Notes under the pieces: generated by a model | Seen by the model: the letters and a program-made list of their open reading frames with translations, nothing else | Databases searched by the model: none | Told to the model about the DNA's origin: nothing | Shown: positions 60,001 through 64,000 of the stretch, in pieces | Layout: the number at the start of each line of letters is the position of its first letter | Position numbering within the stretch: position 1 is the stretch's first letter | IMG/VR virus record: IMGVR_UViG_3300021142_000002 | Span: 156,367-220,366 of that record | Direction: 5' to 3' (one strand) | Length of the DNA: 64,000 nt | Translations under genes and position numbers: made by a program

Positions 60001-60714
60001 ACTATTACTATTAGCAATATTACCTATGGGTCTGTTGTTCAATACAGTATGTTAATTAGCACTAAGTTAAGTGGTGGAGCAGGCAAATATACTCTATCAA
60101 CCAGTAACTTTCTGCCTAATGTAACTGTACAATCGACTGTTCCTTTATTAACAGTTGGTACAGTGTCAACTGGTACGGTAGCTGTTGGTGAAGTGTTAAC
60201 AGGTTCTAACTTAATCGCTAATACTCAAGTTATTGGAACTAATGGTTTAGCATGGGTGTTAGATACGCCTCAGGATACGGTTAGTACAACGATAGTGAGT
60301 CCGGGTACTCTTAGTATAGGGTATATTGAATTTGGTGTTGTAATGGGCAATGAATTGCTCTATGGTATTAACTTATTAGATGGTACTTACATTGTTAGCA
60401 ACAGTGCTGATAATGATCCTAATACCTTTACCATTAACAATGTTCAGAATGTATCCAATATTACAGTTTGGGGATTTACTATGTCCAGAATGTATGATGT
60501 TAAAGCAGGTAGTAGCAATGTTAAAATTACGATGGGTGATAAAACGCTCTATAGTGATACATTGCCTGGTCGATATCAAAATTATGGACCACCTAATTCT
60601 AATCAAGTCGGTGCTATTGGTTCAGAATATGTTAACCTAAGTGGTGGTATAGGAAACACTAAATGGGTTAAAACAACAGGTACTGGTAATACTGGTTGGA
60701 CTAATGTAACGTAA
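54010..60714 (+). CDS. giant tail fibre/tailspike (2234 aa): anchor, beta-helix, ~16 degenerate repeats and a GTGNTGW C-terminal motif
   Basis: Anchor paralogous to 48341; FNVKNFGATGLG..DDSAAF..IKIPAGKF; C-terminal GSEYVNLSGG.G.TKWVKTTGTGNTGW. Confidence 0.8.
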   Translation: MNLITFQFDPSASNSNNLVTNESHALTDSTAGILLANAGLFYVKTLIVSVPSTNRILVRDTDYTITGFDSEATALTGYECASAISLSPSIISGTISLQYQAVGGMQGQNSALVKQLRDTVNLLAEQNPTWAEVINKPNFYPALPHVHNPVTDLVGLNALNNVLTKIFESLHNNRIPALGGESLNNKIDRVLTVIASMRHDINILGNVINLNPIQLPTYASKESASNKTQVINSNNISSTVQYPSVNAVVNYIVNEMSSVLTSDQLTAALANYATTAYVNNEFNNQLFNYAQNGANGFLRALNDIIAEEFNVKNFGATGLGEAVDDSAAFLLTFNKALQYECALIKIPAGKFRLDQGIVGLLTCYATQGIRQLSTVTMGSGYTPGTYSNIRLNYISGTTSNTLPRVNITVNSSGQVSQVTMVTFGSGYVDTSMVMGLPTTGLTGALAGLAAGSGFTTGILSLTGQGQRIKVIGAGPGQTTLMVNATNGGLQLGFSSWLDPETNTRHNQKVDRYSTVNYEGMAIVPMVDGAGTGLGYSFQPNSDVPALNANNAGGSPYGQLRIYDVVVGPLTTFTNTSFNIGVDIRGTCNPILWRVVVNQGHQATTWMTAGLEASSSYGYYIDHCNFGAVQGYFGIKDINVSVTESGYIHNTDNAGYNVAMISTRVPAGRNDQFYIADSHMNGCFMGALFQGQSELKFDSVLFLAEVSSTNNYDTYKDIVIGTRNGRGTTNTQLLNCQYGGGMNVPRRRHVSLMNAKAADTATVNKKVKVVDYCLGARTCIPAYYVDKNSHEITIELPETIINDAFPSYPLQTTLNPGYVGQTFVATGCTAQSFSIVSGNASVTINNNPASGVTPNNGFVLTLPVGSFTGTIVAGMTITGTGNVYGTTTPQAIKAVIMPFGSNQTTGTGAAGTYALSNYFNLTNVNISSNTLLTVGTVVGGMVMVGQMIFSNTTSSGVTITSAGNASNKWFLSSNETVSDTVTGILPTFTTTAGRINNLSAGNIFTIGNNESGTTPLVNQLLANNAITVGTYINSVINSTEWYVNFMQPQSVMVNQVQSSVYTTFSGSITGNVLTATKVVGAMKAGQLVVGSGVVNVTYIISKGTVANTWVLNNSYTNTITGNMTSYVMNTPVQCIFDTPFTITGYITQDSIGGVLNVVTGNTPSVWINMVGTMINSTSTNPGTAVTEQLTGIGDGVGTYRINSNITAGSSGSPITFTCYPYPILGYIANTIVTGTIVSNLMTLDNNSGVSAGQLVLTANLPLGTVITQANGNSWQISNPPRNSTTTLVTGTIINLVTPNVVINASISNGSIGTVGRTITISGSYTGTIANGMLVFGVGIAYGTYIVGTDSSGNWIVNQKYKFSGTLYLVNSTFITSNASINNAVTGNTLTFTDSTAPIYGELLVGPNVIPGTTVCYGTSGTYATTVAHQLNTAQLLMGFKPTTFLSDSIINDNLLIVGTDVSGPLTTGMALFGIGVTLGTMINDWSSDGLIYQLNTGGISYRGRIYASIPNAWFNGTIVANTDGTGTLTTTPILIPVGQLVVGNTYTISTSGNTNWLLLGSTSNNAGTTFTATGNGNLGETGVVSVAYTVTINQILIGFGVTFGTYITTQLTTNTFKVNIAQTVSTAVSMMTFNRDWISSQATIGNPNPLLSQGNYLKISNIIGTAGINQMIFGKNIPRGTVIINDGLDNSNQTWMVDSIANIYQENMVGIYPMFKAVNCNISSLNASGCSVYYFNGAGCSINNGFSTPSAGYTLTVPSGGFTGRLMIGTSYNALDGNGDIVGTGTITGFISDITNGTYIGTANGGGYNLSQNATANAIDPVGTIATTAVATNCVLNTNSTDVNLLYINGSIPYGTIATGNLVFGGPNIPYGTFITNQVSGTPGSAGVYTMSSPSGNIISHATTAFTACFISPAVNSISGCNITGTTLTLPTGSLTTGIAVGMTLISNKLNLGITITGSTSNPLVWTISSPLLFSNISIAFTNLNMLGTGIVGSGTGSTITISNITYGSVVQYSMLISTKLSGGAGKYTLSTSNFLPNVTVQSTVPLLTVGTVSTGTVAVGEVLTGSNLIANTQVIGTNGLAWVLDTPQDTVSTTIVSPGTLSIGYIEFGVVMGNELLYGINLLDGTYIVSNSADNDPNTFTINNVQNVSNITVWGFTMSRMYDVKAGSSNVKITMGDKTLYSDTLPGRYQNYGPPNSNQVGAIGSEYVNLSGGIGNTKWVKTTGTGNTGWTNVT

Positions 60715-60789
60715 TAAAAAACTATAGTGTTGCTATTTTATGATAGCAACACTATCTTAACTTCAATTACTAAGATCAAGGAAAATATT

Positions 60790-61056
60790 ATGTCGGAAAA
60801 CAATACTCTTACTCCAGAACAAATTGCACGTCAATATTCAGCTACTATGGACTCGGTGACTGTGGTTAACAGATTGAAAGATGTTAAACCATTAAACCAA
60901 GATAACATTGATGAGATTGATCGCAATGTTGAGCATTTAAAAATTATGATTGCAAAAGACTTCTGGACAGTTGAAGATCTAACCCCATTTAATACAGCAA
61001 TCGCTAAAGGTACTGCTGCTATTGAAGCGGCTAAAAACCCTGAAGCGGCTGCCTAA
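60790..61056 (+). CDS. putative tail fibre chaperone
   Basis: AAGGA RBS; EQIARQYSATMDSV..RNVEHLKIMIAKDFWT.EDL pattern recalled from small genes downstream of phage fibres. Confidence 0.55.
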   Translation: MSENNTLTPEQIARQYSATMDSVTVVNRLKDVKPLNQDNIDEIDRNVEHLKIMIAKDFWTVEDLTPFNTAIAKGTAAIEAAKNPEAAA

Positions 61057-61079
61057 TTAAAACAGGTATCTAAACATTA

Positions 61080-61113
61080 GAGTAGACTAGCGGAATATTC
61101 CGCTAGTCTACTC
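61080..61113. terminator. 34-bp perfect palindrome
   Basis: GAGTAGACTAGCGGAAT|ATTCCGCTAGTCTACTC. Confidence 0.7.
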
Positions 61114-61152
61114 ATTATGCCTAAATTTTTGGTAAACTAAAGGAAACACAAT

Positions 61153-64000
61153 ATGTCTTATGATGAAGATAATGTTAATGGTAGTTTTGATAGATTACTG
61201 GCTTTAATACAAGCACAAAATAGTACCTTTGGTGCAGCCATTGCTGGTTTGCAACAAGTAGTTAATACTTGGCCAGTAGGCTCATTTCAAACCTTCCAAA
61301 ATAATGTAATTAGTGCTATTTCAGTAAAAGAAAACTCAATTAATAAAACAGATGATATTGCTGATAATACAACCAGTAGTACATTATATCCATCAACTAA
61401 AGGTGTTGCTAATTACATTAGTAATCAACTAAGTACATTTGTCAATACTACTCTATTAAATAATACATTAGCAAGCACACTGGCTAACTATCCTACCTTA
61501 ACTTATTTTAATAGCAAGATAGCAGGTGTATTGACATACTGTGGTACCATGGATGCTAGTATTGGATCATATCCTGCAACCGGTGGTAATGGTACGGCAG
61601 GTAGCATTGTTACGGGTAATGCCTTTGTGGTTAATGTAGCAGGCGCTATTGGCTCAGCTAATTTAATACAAGGCGATTTAGTCATAGCTGCTGTTAATAA
61701 TCCCGGACAAACTACAGCTAACTGGGATATCATTGAAGGTAATTTAAATTATACGCCAGAAAATGCAGCTAATAAAAATGCTAATAATGGCTATGTTGGT
61801 TTAAGTGGCTATAACATTAAGTTTTTAAATACCACTAATACCTTTGCCTCTGTATTAACTAATAGTGCTACTGCTAGCAGAACTTATACATTCCAAGATA
61901 AAAACTATACCATAGCTGGGATGGATGATGTAGCTTTAATGCTGCCTTTAACGGGTGGTACTATTACCAGTACTTGGAACAGTAGTTCAAATACTTTTAC
62001 TGCTCTGACTGTAAATGCTATTGATAACGGTAGCAGCGCAGAGTCTATGCTGCAAAATTGGTCAGTCGGTGGAGTCACTAAAGTATCTATTAATAAATCA
62101 GGTGATATGTTGATTAATGGCATATCAGTAGGTATTGGTTCTAGTAGTTATAATACTGTCTTTGGGCATAATGCATTAGCTGGCAACACCACTGGTTTTT
62201 ATAATCAGGCTTTTGGATATGGTAGCTTAAGTAGTGTTACATCAGGGTATGGTAACGTAGCATCAGGCTTTAATACAGGTACTATGCTGACCACAGGTAG
62301 CTTAAATGTGGTTATTGGCTATAATGCTAATACTGCTGCTAGCGGTGATACGAATACAGTCGTATTAGGTCCTAATGCAGTGGGTATGGGCAACAATACT
62401 GTAGTGATTGGTAATAGCAGTATTACCGATAATTACTATTTTGGTTTAATGCATATTCCAAAATATACTACTAGTGGTGCACCTAGTTTTGTAAATGCTG
62501 GTTTGTATTTTGATAGCACTTTAAATAAGTTAGTCATTGGCGGAGTAAGTGCTAAGGAAACAATAGCTACTTATTTAGATTTGGCTAATTATTTAACCAT
62601 ATCTAGTTTTAATAGTACAATAGCTGGCTATGTAACTTCCAGTAGTTTAACGACTACTTTATCTAACTATCTAACAATTACTAGTTTTAATACGAGTATT
62701 GCTGGGTATGCTACGACTACTTCTTTAAATTCAGAAATTAGCACTCGTGGTTCTGCAGATACTGCTTTGGGTAATAGAATAGCAGTGTTTGAAACAGGTG
62801 GTAATAGTGCCGTTGGTTTACTAAGTGCATTAACTGGATCTATTTCTAGCTCTACCAGTATTGTATCTGCTTTAAATAGCCTATCTAGTATTACCGGAGC
62901 ATTAGCGACTACTTATGAAAGCATAAGTAATTTTAATACCTCTATTGCAAGTTATGTTACGTCTTCTACATTGAGTACTACTTTAGCTAGTTATTTACCA
63001 TTAACCGGTGGTACATTAACTGGTAATTTAACATTAACAGGAACTAATCCAACAATTGCCACTACAAGGACAAATGGTATCTTATTTCCATCAGTGGCCA
63101 CATTAACTCTAGGTGGAAGTAGTTTAACTAGTTTAACAATAGGGTCTGCTGTTAGTAATAGCAGCAATACTGCTTTTGGTATCAGTGCATTATTAAATGT
63201 TAGTACAGGAACTAACAATGTAGCCTTTGGTTATATGGCGGGACAACTTACCACTACTTCTAATGATTCTACTTATATTGGAAATTTAGCAGGAGCAAAA
63301 AGCACCACTGATGGTAACACTGCAGTTGGTATGAGTGCTTTAACAAATCAAACATCTGGTTATTGGAACACTGCCTTATCTGCATATGCACTAAATTCTT
63401 TAACCACAGGCATTAGTAATATAGCAATAGGTTATAAATGCGGATATTCAATAACTACCACTAGCAATAATGTTTTAATAGGTATTCAAGCCGGTTATAA
63501 TACCACTGCAGCTAACTTAACGGGTGTAGGTTATCAAAGTCTGTATAGTAATACGACTGGTAGTGGTAATACTGCTATAGGTTATAATGCGCTTTATTCA
63601 AACACAACCGGTAGCTGGAATGTCGCATGTGGAAACTCATCACTTCAGTATAATACCACTGCTAGTAACAATACAGCTTATGGTAATCGATCTTTACAAA
63701 ACAATACTACGGGATCTAGTAATACAGCCATTGGATATAACGCTGGCGCTGCACAGGTTAGTGCAGTTAATAATACTTATTTAGGTTATAATGCCGGATT
63801 AGTAAATTTATCTGGGTATATTACTGCAGTGGGCGCTTATAGTTTAACAGCCAATACGACCGGGCAGTATAACACTGCATGTGGAAACTTATCACTTCAG
63901 TATAATACGACTGCTAGTAACAATACAGCTTATGGTAATCAATCTTTACAAAACAATACTACAGGTAACTATAATACTGCCATCGGCGTAAATGCATTAA
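61153..64000 (+). CDS. tail fibre with YadA-head-like 14-aa repeats (partial, runs off window end)
   Basis: Not in the ORF track; AAGGA RBS, ATG at 61153; reads open where checked; NTA(I/V)GYxAL-type repeats. Confidence 0.8.
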   Translation, partial: MSYDEDNVNGSFDRLLALIQAQNSTFGAAIAGLQQVVNTWPVGSFQTFQNNVISAISVKENSINKTDDIADNTTSSTLYPSTKGVANYISNQLSTFVNTTLLNNTLASTLANYPTLTYFNSKIAGVLTYCGTMDASIGSYPATGGNGTAGSIVTGNAFVVNVAGAIGSANLIQGDLVIAAVNNPGQTTANWDIIEGNLNYTPENAANKNANNGYVGLSGYNIKFLNTTNTFASVLTNSATASRTYTFQDKNYTIAGMDDVALMLPLTGGTITSTWNSSSNTFTALTVNAIDNGSSAESMLQNWSVGGVTKVSINKSGDMLINGISVGIGSSSYNTVFGHNALAGNTTGFYNQAFGYGSLSSVTSGYGNVASGFNTGTMLTTGSLNVVIGYNANTAASGDTNTVVLGPNAVGMGNNTVVIGNSSITDNYYFGLMHIPKYTTSGAPSFVNAGLYFDSTLNKLVIGGVSAKETIATYLDLANYLTISSFNSTIAGYVTSSSLTTTLSNYLTITSFNTSIAGYATTTSLNSEISTRGSADTALGNRIAVFETGGNSAVGLLSALTGSISSSTSIVSALNSLSSITGALATTYESISNFNTSIASYVTSSTLSTTLASYLPLTGGTLTGNLTLTGTNPTIATTRTNGILFPSVATLTLGGSSLTSLTIGSAVSNSSNTAFGISALLNVSTGTNNVAFGYMAGQLTTTSNDSTYIGNLAGAKSTTDGNTAVGMSALTNQTSGYWNTALSAYALNSLTTGISNIAIGYKCGYSITTTSNNVLIGIQAGYNTTAANLTGVGYQSLYSNTTGSGNTAIGYNALYSNTTGSWNVACGNSSLQYNTTASNNTAYGNRSLQNNTTGSSNTAIGYNAGAAQVSAVNNTYLGYNAGLVNLSGYITAVGAYSLTANTTGQYNTACGNLSLQYNTTASNNTAYGNQSLQNNTTGNYNTAIGVNAL
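63625..63962 (+). repeat. 86-bp near-identical direct repeat (63625..63710 and 63877..63962)
   Basis: 3 mismatches by manual alignment; offset 252 bp = 84 codons. Confidence 0.9.

Noticed and set aside
2043-61113. CRISPR array or REP-like repeats
   Set aside because: The palindromes differ in sequence, are not regularly interspaced and sit singly at gene ends; no cas genes
584-63784. Short antisense or alternate-frame ORFs in the track (e.g. 584..787, 2766..2951, 14004..14318, 17798..18178, 26173..26466, 35949..36278, 55714..56043, 61503..61733)
   Set aside because: They lie within longer, motif-supported genes and show no evident RBS or motif; treated as shadows
63625-63962. DGR template/variable repeat pair
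   Set aside because: Mismatches are C/T, C/G and G/A, not adenine-specific; both copies are in frame in one gene; no reverse transcriptase in the window
1-64000. Stop-codon recoding, tRNA or rRNA genes
   Set aside because: Long ORFs read through in the standard code at high density; no cloverleaf or rRNA signature noticed by eye (a tRNAscan run would confirm)

Overview
AT-rich segment of a phiKZ-like jumbo phage genome (probably Chimalliviridae). It carries virion RNA polymerase (vRNAP) subunit genes, the gp181/gp182-like tail tip genes, an endolysin, UvsX, thymidylate synthase, dCTP deaminase, SbcC, RNase H, a baseplate spike and a ~17 kb tail-fibre cluster running off the window end. phiKZ gene-number assignments rest on recalled motifs and synteny, not on database searches. 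Main observations: (1) two paralogous group I introns interrupt the catalytic motifs of vRNAP beta (GD^K) and beta' (DFDGD^K) at the same 12-nt exon context GGTGAT^AAAGTC. One carries an intact HNH gene with an apparent own early-type promoter; the other keeps only a 33-codon endonuclease-like remnant. (2) A ~110-bp promoter/hairpin/RBS cassette occurs twice, 30,564 bp apart and differing only by one T, each copy driving an unrelated orphan gene. (3) Seven small membrane-protein ORFs plus a lipoprotein flank the spike gene. (4) The tail fibres are built by duplication of an anchor cassette and by module insertion or amplification. No tRNA, rRNA or CRISPR array was seen.
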